Below are positions 1 through 13,677 of a DNA stretch of 64,000 nucleotides, piece by piece. Source of the stretch: Octopus vulgaris. Lineage: Eukaryota. The notes under the pieces are model-generated. The model was given only the letters and a program-made list of their open reading frames with translations, searched no databases and was not told the DNA's origin. The translations under genes were made by a program, and so were the position numbers. The first letter of the stretch is position 1. Each line of letters starts with the position of its first letter. Where the stretch lies: contig OX597833.1 of the NCBI GenBank assembly GCA_951406725.2, forward strand, positions 31,868,001 through 31,932,000. Direction: 5' to 3'.

Positions 1-42
1 AATTTTTTTTTTTTTTGTAAAGAAACACTCAAATCCCCTTCC

Positions 43-311
43 CCAATTTCCACCAATCACCTCTCCACTTTCAAAAAGCTAAAAACTCCAAATATTTCAC
101 TTTTAGCTTTTTTGAAAGTGAGGAAGTTTTTTTCAGAAATAATGTTCTTTAGTTTTTGTTTCTAGCATGTTGGGTTTTCTAGTGGTGGTCTGATATTTTT
201 GACATCTGCTATTTCAGTAGAATTCTACGTGTGCGTGAAACATCAGACAAAAGTGAAATATTCAGAGTTTTTTTGTGTTTTGAAAGTGAGGTGATGGGTG
301 GGAGATAATTG
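43..311. repeat. Degenerate inverted-repeat (MITE-like) segment
   Basis: ~45-105 (caatttccaccaatcacctctccactttcaaaaagctaaaaactccaaatatttcactttt) is an imperfect reverse complement of ~250-310; there is also a local hairpin at 67-120. Confidence 0.45.
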
Positions 312-1076
312 CATGGAAAATTCAAATTATGAAAAAAATTTCCAGATTCGTAATCTCTGTATTTTTCTACATGGATTAAAAAACAAAATTGAAAAATAGT
401 TTAAAATTAAGGAATTGGGATGGGAAAGGGGAAACGAAAATTTTGTAAACGTGATTTTTGGGCAAAATTGTAATCTCCAATATAGAAAACATAAAAATCT
501 GACAAAAATTTGGAAAAAAAAATAAATAAGCGATAGTAGGTGGTGTGCATGAGCTTTACTTTTGCCAAAGAATTTACCATGATTCATTTTCAAATACTTA
601 GATGTGATTGCAATTGAAACTGACTTGTTTGGTAATCTCCATAAATATTCATACATTAAATGTCAATAAATTAATGAAATGGGAGTTTGAATGTTACTTG
701 ATTTGTCTGTATAAGGATAGTTTGAATATATTTTCTATTGATCATAGGTCTGTTGAATTAGAACTCTTCTATCTTGTTACACTCAATGGCTTAGCATAAC
801 TTTGACCTCTATGGGCCAATGATGCCTGCTAGGAGTAGCAGCCAAATTTTCCTTCAAATCACACTCCATCGTCTTGAAATGGAGCAGACATTGAACAGTG
901 TAGTAAATATACAAAAAGACAGGCAGGTCATGGATGAAACACCTTTGCAGAGACAAAGAACATCAACTTTGACAAGGTAACCCATACTTGAAAGTGTTGA
1001 GTATTCATTTTGAAAATGTGTTGCCGAATTAGTTTTCCTCTCTCTTGTTTTTAATCTGAAAATATGTATAGGTTGA

Positions 1077-1298
1077 AGGTGGCCAGCAGACAGAATTGTT
1101 AGCACGCCAGGCAAAATGCTTAGTGGCTTTTCATCTGTTTTTATGTTCTGTATTCAAATTCCGAATTCCGCTAAGGTTGACTTTGCCTCTCATCCTTTCA
1201 GAGTTGATAAAATAAGTACCAGTCAAGTGCTGGGATTCATGTAATTGACCAGCCCCATCTTCTGAAATTGCTGGACTTGTACCAAAATTTGAAACCAA
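1077..1298 (+). mobile_element. tRNA-derived SINE (decayed)
   Basis: tRNA-like head with B-box-like ATTCAAATTCC, then GACTTTGCCTCTCATCCTTTC...GATAAAATAAGTACCAG body shared with the copies at 19965-20125 and 44554-44786. Confidence 0.8.
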
Positions 1299-1303
1299 TA
1301 TAC

Positions 1304-4300
1304 GGGTAATTCTGTATGAAATCAATGCAATTTTTTAAAAAAATCAAAGGTGACTGAAACTGATTTCTTTCAAACTTTGCATGTTAAATGATGTTCATAT
1401 AAAACCCTTAAATATGAAATATTTTTTTACCTGATTAATATTTATTGAGTTACAGCCATTTGAAATTTTCAAAAAAGTGATATTTTTTTTGGTTACTCAA
1501 TAACTTTCAGAAGTCATATCTCACTATTTGAGTTAGAAAGCCCAATTTTTTTCATTTTAAAGCATTCAAATAGATATACAACTTTTGTTTTGTGCATTTT
1601 TCCATACAATAACAATAAAAAATTTTATCTAAAATTTGATCTTTGACTTTTCATAGGTCAAAAGACGCGGTCATAGATTTTTTGGAAATTTTGTCCAAAT
1701 ATTGCCCTACTTAGTCATTACTCACATAAAATAATTCATACTGAGATCTCAATGGGAAGTATTTATAATGAATATAATTATAGTGAAAAATAATGACAAA
1801 TTATCAAGACTAAGCAAAACAATTTGAGCTTGGGGGAGAAAATAAAGAGCTGATAATCGAAATAAGCATTTTTATTATTTCAGTAATAATGTCTACTTTA
1901 ATTGTAACTACTTTTCAGATCTGCTATGGTCAATGGTGGAAATGCCACTGCCAACACTTAGAATCTTCAAACAAATTGTTGGCATCCCCATCACCTAAGA
2001 GGCCACTCCTGATAGCTTAGCAGATGAAGCTACATGTCCCAACCTCCCACTTTTACCCTGCTTTAAATGATTAAGTACTTGTTAGATGAAATTCTGAAAT
2101 CTTCAAAATTTAATGAGACAATTTTCTTGAAATTAATAATTGTGATGCATTTTACATGTCTTTTTCTGTCAAAGTATAAGTTCTTCCTGTAGCAGTTCTG
2201 GGGACAAATTTACAAAAGATGTCTAAATAACACATTGTTAAAACATCTGATTTTCTAGGATACTGAAATGATGTAGGTCCTTTGGGTTGAAGAAAGGTGA
2301 GTTTTACTTGCATAGTTTCTAGGTATGTTTCTAGAACACAGGCTAACCACCAGTCACCATCATAAATTGCTGCTACAAACCCTTTTATATCCTCAAATTG
2401 GATAGCATCTTGCATGGAGATTCTAATTTTAGTATAATTATCTATCATAGATATCATTTTTACCATAATTTCTGAAGATTAGTTTGGGATAAAGCAATGT
2501 AACTTTTGTGGACTTGGAATTGTCCTTGAATTTCTAAATCTCTCTCTCAATAGATTTTCCTCATTTTGCATTTCATCATTTGAGGAGTAAATAAAATTAA
2601 TTCCAGGAATATTTTGCTGACCAGAATCATAAAGTTGTCTTGGAGTCATGATTTGTTCATTGAAAGGGCATTATAAACTTGCTTGAGATGCCATTTGTTT
2701 AATTGTACCTCCTAAGCCATGATAAATAGTAAAGAAATGCCACTCTGCATCAGTTTGGAAATCTATAGAATGGTACCATAAGTTCATAAAATTCTTACAA
2801 TTTTTATATTGTGAAGCAGCACCATCTGAAAAATAGATAATTTTGTTGATATTAATGGCTTTGCTCCAAAGAAAATCTGTCAGCTTTTTTGGAAGAGACG
2901 GACTGCTACTGTACCATGTTTCATAAAGTTGGATACAATAACAATATTGATGTTAGTCACATCATTGTTTTGTTTATGAAAACAGACAAATGGATGGATA
3001 GTGGCTTCAGCATTGTTCCAATGAAATCCTTGTACAGTATCATGCAAGATGAATGAATAATTGTCTGAAAAATCTGCTATGACTAATATTTCTCCGTCAC
3101 TTAAGGATTTTTTTCTTGAAGTGCAAAATTTAGATTGTTCCTTTGCAAGGAAATCATGTACCTTAAGTGCTTTAGGCTTTTGACAGAAAATTTCAACAAT
3201 GTCATCTGTTGATTTTGATATATTTTCTAGGATTGTTCTGTCTGTCGTTAGCCATTGCTTATATTGTACTTCATCAATCATATTCACATTAAACATTTCA
3301 TATAAGAATTTTTCAAGCTCTTCTAACAGAATTACAATTTGAACAGGTTGCTCATGTAGCAGTTGTTTGTTGTTGGGTTGCAAGTAATTGATTCCAAACA
3401 TTGTTTATGATCAATCAAGTGAAACTTCATATCCTTGGTTAAATCAGATAGTTTCATGCCAGAAATCATTTGTTTGGCATTCCGATAAATGGTGCATACA
3501 CATACATTATGTGTACCAGAACTACCTGCAAGTATGCATTCTTTTGGCCTTAGCTCAGCAAATTTTGAGAAACTAATTTTGATTTCAGGATTTTTTGATT
3601 TAAAGAATTGGAAGGCTTCCTTTAAGTTACAAAGTATGAGGTACTTTTTCTCATGGACTCTTTTGCCATCAATTTTTCCTGATTTGTAATCCCTTATCCA
3701 TGGCATAACTCTGCTTACTTCATTTTTATAAAACTGAGAAACACAATTGGCAGTTTCTTGAGGAAATGTGGTTTTTCTATGGTTAGGATGTGATAAAATC
3801 CCTTGCTCATTGACCAACCTTTTAGCTTGTCTAGCTATGTAATCAGGCACATTGAACTCCTTTTTGAATTTTCTTAGAGACCAGCCTTTTTGTCAGAATT
3901 GTTAAAATTTGCAGTTTTTCTGATATTTTTTCTGTTGTGAATTTTTCTTTTAACTGTTTGATTATTTCTCTTTCAGGGTGATGATCTTTTGATGATTAAC
4001 TGACTTCTCTTCTAGGTGAAATGATTTGCATCTTTTGAGCAAAAGCATTTTCCATTTATTTTCTTTTTTTCTCAGCATACATGATGATTGTATCTATCTT
4101 TTATTTTTTATTGGAGATTCTCCAATTTCAGACAAAGCATTGGTGTTGATCTCTAATTCTGCATTTTCTTCTACGAAGACATTTATTGATGATGCAGTCA
4201 CTTCAGTGGTAGTTGATGTATCATCTCTTGTATCTTCTAATACTGGTTCAATTTGAAGTTTGGGCAAAGTTTTTCTGCAAGAGTCACATATTTTTTATCC

Positions 4301-4909
4301 AGGAATTAGGTTTCCTTTTGTGGCAAAATCTGCAGTTATTGTCCTTAAACCCTTTTTCACAGGTACTTTTTGCTTTTCAAATGGCTCACAACACTTTTCT
4401 TGCTTAGCTAAAAATCTTTCTTTTACATCCATCTCTAACCAGAAATGAACTAATCTGCTCGTATATATCTAATCTGAAAAAAAAAAAAAGAATTAAGTTA
4501 TTTAATTTGGCTGTATAACATGAACCATAGTTAAAAGAGATACCAGTGTGAATTTTGACTAAATATTTGGACAAAATTTCAAAAACGTTGATGATGATGT
4601 CTTTTGACCTATGATAGGTCAAAAGTCAAATTTTAGGTCAACTTTGTTTTTATTGTAATGAAAGAATACTCTAAACTAAAGTTGTATATCTATTTAAGTG
4701 CTTTAAAATGAAAAAAAAACCCAAAACAATTGAGCTTTCTAGCTCAAATAGTAGGTGAGACGTCTCAAAGTTATTAAATAACTGAAAAAATGTCACTTTT
4801 TTGAAAAAATATTTTATATTTAAAGGCTTCATATGAAGGCCATTTAGCATGCAAAGTTTGAAAGAAACCGGTTTTGGTCACCTTGTGTTGATTTTGCATG
4901 GAATGATAC
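1304..4909 (-). mobile_element. Sola-like (probably Sola2) DNA transposon with ~350-400 bp TIRs, decayed
   Basis: 1304-1702 is an imperfect reverse complement of 4562-4909; left terminus GGG, flanks ATAC/ATAT; encloses minus-strand transposase fragments. Confidence 0.75.
2152..4460 (-). pseudogene. Frameshifted DDD-type transposase of the Sola-like element
   Basis: ORF fragments 3332-3850, 2880-3401 and 2152-2466 plus intervening frames: SFSKFAELRPK..HNVCVC, IADFSDNY, QGFHW, YFSDGAASQYKN, EWHFF, YDGDWWLA. Confidence 0.8.
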
Positions 4910-5809
4910 ATATACAGGTTGAAAAATAATGCAATGTTTTCTGAAGTCTTGTTCTCACATGTGACACTCTAATGCTCTCTATTGGCTTTGAGAATGTTGA
5001 TAGAAATTAATCTTCTTCTTAACAAAGTAAAGCCTGTGAGCATGTCTATTATGATGATCTTTTCAAAATCTTCTACTCAGTATAATTTCACAAATTGAAA
5101 ACTTTGTGATAAGTTACTCCACCACAACGAATATTTTGATAGAACCATCACTTCTGTCTAATTATTTCACATTTCAATTATTTCACTGATCCTCTTCCAT
5201 ACTAATGTTCAACTCACTATTTCCTACACTCATCCTTCGTTGTTGATGACACAGTCCATTCTTTTTCTTTGTAAAACCTCTACTGGTACAGGCCAGCTAG
5301 AAAAATGGATATACCATTATAACCATGGCTAAATCAATGTAGGGCACTTGCTATTTACCTGAACTTTCCATGGTATAGAAAAATCATGAGTCAAGTGGAA
5401 AACACGTAGATCAGCATTCCTTTTTGATGGGACAATGGGCCGTATGGCTTGGGAGAATTTCTAGATTTGGTTTTGAATCTCAACTACATAGAGAAATTCT
5501 ATTTCCACATAACAAGCCAAGGTATAGTCTGCTTTAGTTAACCAAAAGCTACAGATATATTGGTTTCTGTTTCCATAGTTACAAGTCATGGTATAGTCTG
5601 CAATAAAAAGATTGTTGAGATAAATGAAACAGTCTTCTCAAGATGTAAATACAACCAAGGAAGGGTGCTACCTGAGCAATGAGTTTTCGAAGGAGTGTAT
5701 TGCTTTTCTTTATGCGATGCTATGTCACAATCGTGACATACAGGAGAAATGGATGTGTCTGTCGATTTTTCCAGGAACCACAATTTTCAGTGGCTTGTAG
5801 AGAACTTAC

Positions 5810-5927
5810 TCTCATGTTCCTGAAATTGGTGGTTATAATTTTTGACATATAACAATGAACCACAGCGTCGAGTTTATTGACTTGAAAGATTTTATTCACA
5901 TGCAACAAGTGAAAAGCACATGAGCCT
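5810..5927 (-). other. Candidate 118-bp spliced exon (unknown gene or lncRNA)
   Basis: Minus strand: acceptor cttcgttttacAG and donor GTAAGT; one frame is open (GSCAFHLLHVNKIFQVNKLDAVVHCYMSKIITTNFRNMR); no recognisable domain. Confidence 0.25.
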
Positions 5928-6469
5928 CTGTAAAACGAAGTAACAGTTTTGGGGTTGATTCATATCTCTGCAAGTTTATGAGGTGCAGGAGATATGAAAA
6001 TTGTAATATTTTTGACAAACTCCCAGAGTGTATTGCAAACTTTTGTTTTTGTATTTTTGCTACAAATTTCGCTTACATGAACTGACCTATAGTTTTTTTT
6101 GTGTAATTTAATGTTCACTTTGCTTCTTTTCTGTAATTTTTCTCAAAAAAAAAACAAAACAAAAATAACTTCCATTAAAACTATTAAAAACTTCTGTCAT
6201 TAATATCAATGTAATGTTTTGTCTAATGTTGTCATAGACAGCTATCATGCAGAAAATGCCAGATCCCAAATCCTGTTTTCTGATTGGGTACAGTTTACAA
6301 AAATTTTTCTGGCACAATTGAATAATAACAGCAGATTCAACGTGAAAAATTATATCAATATACAAAATTTTTAAATTTCAAAAACTGTGAACCAAACAGA
6401 AAAGATCCATTGAAACTTGATCTAGTGAGCAAATTTAAACAAAAATGGGTTCTAAACATATGAATGCCC

Positions 6470-7436
6470 TGGCATTTGTGTTCGGGTAAATGATGTTAAG
6501 TCAAAAACTTTCAATGTGAGTACTGGACTTCAGCAAGGTTATATGTCGTCACCTTGCCTTTTCATAATTTTCATGAACTGGATTGACATGCATAGCTGCT
6601 TTGGAAATGGTATCCCAATCGGTGGGTGTAGGATCAGTCTGCTCATATTTGCAGATGACATGGTGCTCCTTGGCTCACCAGAAGATTATCTTCTGGCTGC
6701 ACTGAATTGGTTCACTACTGAGTGCAGCAAAGCAGGGATGAGAAAGCTGTTGCAAAACGAGACATTGGTCCACTTAAGAAATTTGTTCCAGTGCACTTTG
6801 CATGTAAGTGGAACATTACTGAGACAAGGGGACAAGTTTAAGTATCCCAGGACCATATTCATGTGTGATGGAGAGTAGGAGGTTGAACTGGATGCTAGAA
6901 TTGCAGGTGCTGGCACAGTAATGTGTCAGCTCCAGCATTCGATCCACAGAAAAATGCCAAACTTGATGTCTTCAATTCAGTTTCCATGACCATAGGTGAG
7001 GGATCACCTATGGTCATAAAAGTTGGGCAATAACTGAAAGAGTACGATCATGAATACAAGCAGCCGAAATGGAGTTCCTCCAAAGGATCTTTCAAGTAAT
7101 GTAATTTGTAAGAGTATGTTGCTTGGAGATCAGGGGTCTCTTGAGGTCAAGTCACTACTTCTCCGTTTTGAGAGGTCACAGCTCCGGTACTATGGGCATG
7201 TGGTTATAATGTTGCATGACAGAACTGCAAAACAGATTCTTCAAACCAAAGTAATCAGTAAGAGACCTAGGGGTAGACAAAGAACAAGACGATTGGATAA
7301 TAGCCATAGTCTCATTTGGTCACGCTTAGAAATCCAGCCGGAAAGTCTAATGACAATCTGATAGGACTCTATGGAGGACTCTGCTTCCATGACTCTTCCA
7401 GGAATAGTAAGGTGGTGAGGATGGATGGATGGATGG
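6470..7436 (+). mobile_element. RTE-clade LINE, 5'-truncated and decayed
   Basis: GLQQG..SPCLF, LIFADDMVL, FKY, RSQLRYYGHV, RPRGRQRTR motifs; (GATG)n tail at ~7420-7436. Confidence 0.85.
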
Positions 7437-7627
7437 TTCTAAACAATGAAAAGATTTTGAAAAGACACGTCAGAGAGTAACGTAAATGCAGTGAATTGAA
7501 TTGTCAATGAGATTTTATAAATATTGGCTCATGTAGCAGAACACATACTTACTCTTTTGAAATTATCAATGTCCAAACGTGTCAAAGTATATTTACATTA
7601 AAAAAAGCTGTCATTTCCATGTTTTCA

Positions 7628-7696
7628 AGTGGGTTGGAAATACCTGGGTGGATATGGGTGCATGAGTCACATCCACACAGGTATTCCCAACCCACT
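7628..7696. repeat. 69-nt hairpin
   Basis: agtgggttggaaatacctgggtggatatg pairs with cacatccacacaggtattcccaacccact (26/29), 11-nt loop. Confidence 0.8.
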
Positions 7697-9596
7697 CATC
7701 TCTTCTCTTCTCATTAGGCTTGTTGTGTCCAACCTTTCAGGTCTCGAACTATTGAACTAATCACAATGTTCAATCCTTCTTTCTAACATGTCAGTGTTTT
7801 GGAATTCTCTCCTTGCTCATACCTTTCCTGTTGGTGTTCACGAAGAGCATAAATGACATAAGTCTCACTAGTCTAGTAAAGACCTGACAAATCCATGGAC
7901 ACTGCCCCATTCTTTAGTCTCAGCAAGTTGAAAAAATGATGAAAAAGTGTAGTTAATCTTTCCTTCTATGATTAACTTACTTTTATAATCTCATTGTTTT
8001 ATTTAAATAGGTAGGGTTTTATGGATACCCTGTATTTAATTGTATATCTCTAATCAATGGAGGTTGTCTTGAGCATCAATGACGATGCTCCTTTGTACTT
8101 ATGCTAATCACGTAAACCTGTACAATACTTGACACATCTTGTCTGTCTGTGACTTACAGTCCAGATTAAACAGTTCAAAGCTATTCTTATTCCTCAAGAC
8201 TGTCACTCTTTCGGAAATAGATCCACTGTCCATTCTGCTGTTCATTTATTGGTTTCATTCATTGGACTGTGGCCACACTGGGGTATCACCTTCAAACATT
8301 CTAGTGGTCAAGAGAAGTAACAAGTATGGAAGAAATACCAAAAAGGATATATCAATGCAGATATACTTGTGTACACCTCACACACACATGTATGTAGACA
8401 ATGAACTTACACATAGTTTTCCTCAAACAAATTTCCTTTACAATGTATTTATCAGCCTATGGATATAGTAGAAAAATACCCAACATACTGTGCAAGAGGA
8501 TTGAATCCAGAATCATTTACTTACAAAATTAACTTCTATACCACACAGTCTTACCTGCGACTGTGCTGCTTTTAATTTTTATTATAATTTCATCATTAAT
8601 TCTGTTAACGGTTCTGTTTACCATAAATTAACTTCAGATAGGTAGGTTGTTGTTTAATCTCAAATAGGTCCTGATCGAGGTTGTTGACTATGATAAATGA
8701 CATTCCATTTGTGACCATCCCATTTTTTCAATCAGTGTATCCTAGACTACATTAGCCAGTATGCCCTCAAACTGTCTCTCTGGAGAAGTGTTATTTGAGG
8801 GAAATTTGAGTTTAATTTCTAGTAGGTCAAACATTCTTATAGATTGTTGTCTTACTGACTTGTAGCATGAATGAAATCCTGAGTTTTGCCACATACAAAT
8901 TTTAAATCACTATTTAATCACAGTTTGATCATGTGCACAATCAAGATTTTACCCAATTAATGGTTGTTGTTCATGTGATAGTTCTGTAGTCTGTCTGTAA
9001 CTTTCTGTGACTAAAGCCTATAAAATACAGTCAATGAAAGCATCAAATTCAGAGAGTCATGGACTGAGCTTTGAATTACACTCTCTCTATTGCTGTTTTA
9101 ATGGCTGCATATACAATCGAGGACATTGAAAAAGACATGACATGGTATCTGAATATTTGCTTACTATGTTAAGAACCAGCCCAAGTGTTAACATTCAAAC
9201 AGGCATTTTCTTTGCATGCCATACTATGCTATTTCTACTTTACTGCTTCCACATATATTGATTGTAATGCATTGTAGTGAAAATATTCAGCAATCAACCG
9301 ATATCATGATTCCCTGGAATGTTGCCCATGTGATCAGCGAATCTGACCAATCGTGACTTTGCCTGGAGAGAATATTACCCAAATAATTAACAAAATCTGG
9401 CCAATCACAACTTCATAGCTCTAGTAACCATACCAACTTTTGATGTGCTCCTTTCAGAGCCACTCAATCAATATAAAATGACACATGGATATGACCATGG
9501 CCCAGAGAGCTTTGTCATGTAGCCCAAGGCAGAACAGACACTGACTGTGAATAGACATGGGCAGCGACATAATGAATTATTCACAGCAACCCAAGG

Positions 9597-11103
9597 GGCA
9601 ATCTTTCGTTTTAACTCGAAGGTGTGTGCACTGTCTTACGGCGTTCGGTAAATTCCGAATAAAATTTTTTTGTCTATTTTTGTGGGTGGAAATGTACCTT
9701 TTGTTCGAAGTCAGCATAAAGTGAAAGAGAGGCAAAATGGACATGAAGGTGTATATGTGTTGATGGGGTGTGATATGTGTGTGTGTGTGTGTGCGCGCGA
9801 GAGAGAGAGAGAGAGTATTTCTTTATTCACCATAAAGTTGAGAAAAAGAGGGGACAATACGGAGATAGACAAAACAAACGTTGGGGTCTGGATATCGAAT
9901 GAGACGAAACGTATGAATAAACAAACAATTAAAATATATACTATTAAATGAGAATGAGTGATTAACAAAATAGAAAGTGGAGGACGCGGTTGACCCCACA
10001 AACCACATACTCACACTGAAGACTTTGCTTTCTCCTTTTTTACATTCTCGATTAAACAGGTTCTTTCACTCGCAACATACTTGCTATATACTTCCATCTT
10101 TTACGAAACACACTTTGCGACAGTCATTTCTTCTCCAGCCTTATTTTCCGTTTCATGTGGAAAACGAAAAAGTCGATTAGCTCAAGACTGGAGATAAACA
10201 TGCCTGTTGCAATTCCTTTCACTCTCGTCTTCCATACTACTTCTTTCGCCACAGCAACTACCGAGAGAAAACAGGCTCGCTCCTCCCTAATCAGGGAGGT
10301 CGGCGGAACTATCTTAATTACAGATTTGCTCGACAGTTGTACTCTTCTCGAATGCGACTGCAGGTGTTCGACATAAGCCCAGAGTTCAGTCACCTTGGGG
10401 CATTGCACAATCGCGTGCAGGACAGTTTCAATGTCCCTCTCACATCTTGCACAAACAGGCGAAGGTGCACACCCATGTCTAAAGAGCTTATCTCGAACCG
10501 GTAAAGCTCTTCTGTAACATTGCCAGGCCAGGGACTTTTGGTAATTATCCATAGGCCCCGGACCGAATGTTCTTCGGAACAGGCTGGCCAGTTGATTTTC
10601 GTCGAAGCCCAGGGTTTCTCCCAGGACGTCGTCACACTTAAACTCTACTAACCCTCTATAAAAGAACGAGGTTGTACCCCCGCCACCGGCGTTGCCCGAC
10701 TGGGAGAGAAGCACGAGTGCCTGATGGCACTCTACATGCCACACGCCCAACCTCGGTCTACACTTGATCCATGGGTTCAGTTTGGTAAACGATGTGAACT
10801 GTGGAAATAACAGCCTGACGAACGGAGACCACACCTGCTCACCGTCCAGGTAAAGCCAGATGTGCCTAAGTCTGAGCGCATGTCTGCGCATTTTTAGCCA
10901 CGGCAACCCTAACCCACCTTTCCGCGGCTTTTGGCAGCAAATAGAGCGCCTTACAAGCGCCCCTCTGCTGCCCCTCCACAAAAAGCGAAAGAGCAGAGAG
11001 AGAGAGAGAGTCACACAGAGTGACAGCATACATTCCTTATTTATTTTTTCTTGCATCTTTCTGTCAGAGAATGTGCGTGATTGACTGAGAGAGAAAGAAA
11101 GAG

Positions 11104-11138
<35 letters not shown>

Positions 11139-11856
11139 TGAGAGAAAGGGTGTGTTGCTGTGTGTATGTGACAGAGAGAGAGAGAGGGAGAGTGATAGCA
11201 TAGATTTTATTTACTTTTTCTCGCGTCTTTTTTTCAGTGAGTGTGATTGACTGAGAGAATGTGTCTTGCTCTGTATGCGTGAGAGAGAGGGAGAGATTGA
11301 TAGCGTAATTGTTTTTATTTATTTAGTTTTTCTCGCATCTTTTTTAGTGATGTATGAGTAATTGACTGAGAGAGAGAGGCATTGTCATATGTGTAACACC
11401 TCTCTCAGTCAATCACTCACACACTCGCTAAAGAAAAACAGATGCGAGAGAAACTAAAATAAATTTACGCTATCATTCTTTCTCTCTCTCTCTCTCTCAC
11501 ACACATACACACACAGCAACCCATCCTTTCTCTCTGACAACACCCCCCTCTCTCTCTCAGTCAATCACTCACACACAAAAAAGATGCGAGATAAAATAAA
11601 TAAATAAAATGTACGCGGTCTCTCTCTCTCACACACACACACAACATATACTTTCTGTCTCGCACTCCCCAGCAACACGTCCCTGTCCATTTCGTCTCTC
11701 TTTCACTTTATGCTAACTTGAAACAAAATGTATATTTCCACCCACAAAAAAAAACTGAAAAACATTTTTTACGGATTTTACCGAACGCTGTACCTTAACA
11801 GCTGATTGATCAGCTGTTCAGTTTGACATTTCTGCGAGTCATATCGAAAGATCGCC
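9597..11856. mobile_element. Merlin-type non-autonomous element (MITE) carrying a nested LINE
   Basis: TIRs of ~150-170 bp (GGCAATCTTTCG... / ...CGAAAGATCGCC); 8-bp TSD acccaagg/actcaagg; internally palindromic (GA/CA)-rich body at 11040-11640. Confidence 0.75.
9816..10994 (-). mobile_element. L1/Tx1-clade LINE 3' fragment (ORF2 C-terminus + 3'UTR)
   Basis: ORF 10124-11056: FLW, KPRKGGLGLP, LPVRDKL, CARC..ETVLHAIVQC (zf-RVT type); 3' end AATAAAGAAATA; (GA)n on both sides. Confidence 0.85.
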
Positions 11857-12479
11857 ACTCAAGGACTGACAGTAACTTTTCGAATACTATTTCAATGACA
11901 TCTAAACTCTCTCAACATTTGTCGTAATGCTATTTCAATAACACCCAAACTCTCTCAGTAAGAACAAAAGTTTGTTTGAAAAAAAAAAAAAAGACCACAA
12001 CAGATTTCGTCGTTTTTTATGTACAACTATTGACCTCCGACGCTAGAAATAGCAGCCAACATCCAACAACCAAGAGTCAGCTCCCCACATCAGCGAACAT
12101 ATTCACCTCCTAACACTTTGCTGTGTTGTGAAATTACAAGAAATTTTCTATTAACTTGGTTTTATATGGGAACACGTAGCCTAAACAATATTCAATTACC
12201 CATCAAAACCAACGTTGTAGGCTCAATATAGACATATTGAGTAAAAAAATAAGGTTGTGACCAGCTTGTTAGAAAGAGAGAGAGAGAGAGAACGACGAGG
12301 ATGTCTTTGAATGTGTGAAAAAATGCCATCACAGTCACACATCTTGGTTTGCTGTTAAATATTTTCTATTTATTGTGATATCAAAAAATAAATTATCTAT
12401 ATCTAGTTATCTTTTAAAATTTCCCTCCGTAATTTCTCATTTTCATTGTCAAGGTATTTTAAATAGCATTCATTTATAG

Positions 12480-13520
12480 GGAAAGTAAAAAGAAAAAGCA
12501 GGAGACTTCTTTTTTTCTTTACGTCTTTCAGTTTCACGTATTTAAAAAAAAAGTATTTACTTCCCAACACCTTTCCTTTCTGTCTTCGCAAGTCACCTTT
12601 CCATATCCCTTATTTACTCCGTAAAATCCTTTCACTTGTCGTAGTCTCTTTCATCTTCATCCATTTACTTTCGCTTCTTTTATTCATCCTATTCTCTTTT
12701 ATCGCCATCTATTTTTTTTTTTCATCTGAACCATTTTCGTTACCGACCTCTTTCTTTAATTCTTTCCTACTTACACTTTAATATCACTTATATTCCTTCT
12801 TTCTCTCCCCACCTCTTTACTATTATCTCTGCACTTTTTCTCGCTCACATTTTCCCAATTCAGTCTTTCCTCTTTTTCTTTTGATTTTTGTGATTTCTTT
12901 TTCCTATTAACAATCTCCTTTTCCATTTCATATATTCATTTTTTTTATATAGTTTTATTTTATTACGTTCCTTTTACATCTGATACCTTTCTTTAATCAT
13001 TTTCTTAAAAGAGAGCCTCCATTTCTTCCTTGTCTCCTCCTACCCATCTCTCTTTATTCTTTAAATATCTCTGCTTTCTCCTATCATTTATCCCTCTCTT
13101 TTCACATGACTGACTTGCCTTATCTTCTGCTTCTTCCTCCATAGTATTTTCTTCGAAACTCCCCTTCACTCTTTGCTCGCTCTATATTTCGAACTTGTCT
13201 CTTTTCACATCAACTTTTGATATAAAAAAAGACAATCGTTAATTTCCTCTCAAATCTCATTTTACGTCGTTAGTGTCACTCCTCCTTTCTCCTTCTCCTC
13301 TTCTACATTAACTCAATTTGTCATTGCACTTCCACCGACATCATCTTCACTTTAAATTATTCCTCCCTCCTACTCCCGCACATTAGTATTACCTCCACTT
13401 CACATTACTTCTTCCTCCTCACCAACATCACCTCAATTTCTTCTTCCATCTCTTTGTCTTTTCTGTTTCTCATACATTTCCACTCCCCTTGATTTACTTC
13501 TTTCTCTGCTTCGTTGCTTC
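12480..13520. repeat. CT-rich low-complexity polypyrimidine tract
   Basis: ~1 kb dominated by C/T on the plus strand, no clear periodicity and no ORF. Confidence 0.7.
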
Positions 13521-13677
13521 AACATATGCAGAACATCACACTATTGCTATTATACATGTATATCTAAACAGAGAGAGAGGGAGCGAGATCAGTGTCGTGT
13601 AGTAGTAATCCTTAGAGGTGTGTACACAGTGCTACCATATTTACTCAAATAAAAATGCAAATTTTAGATTATTTCTA

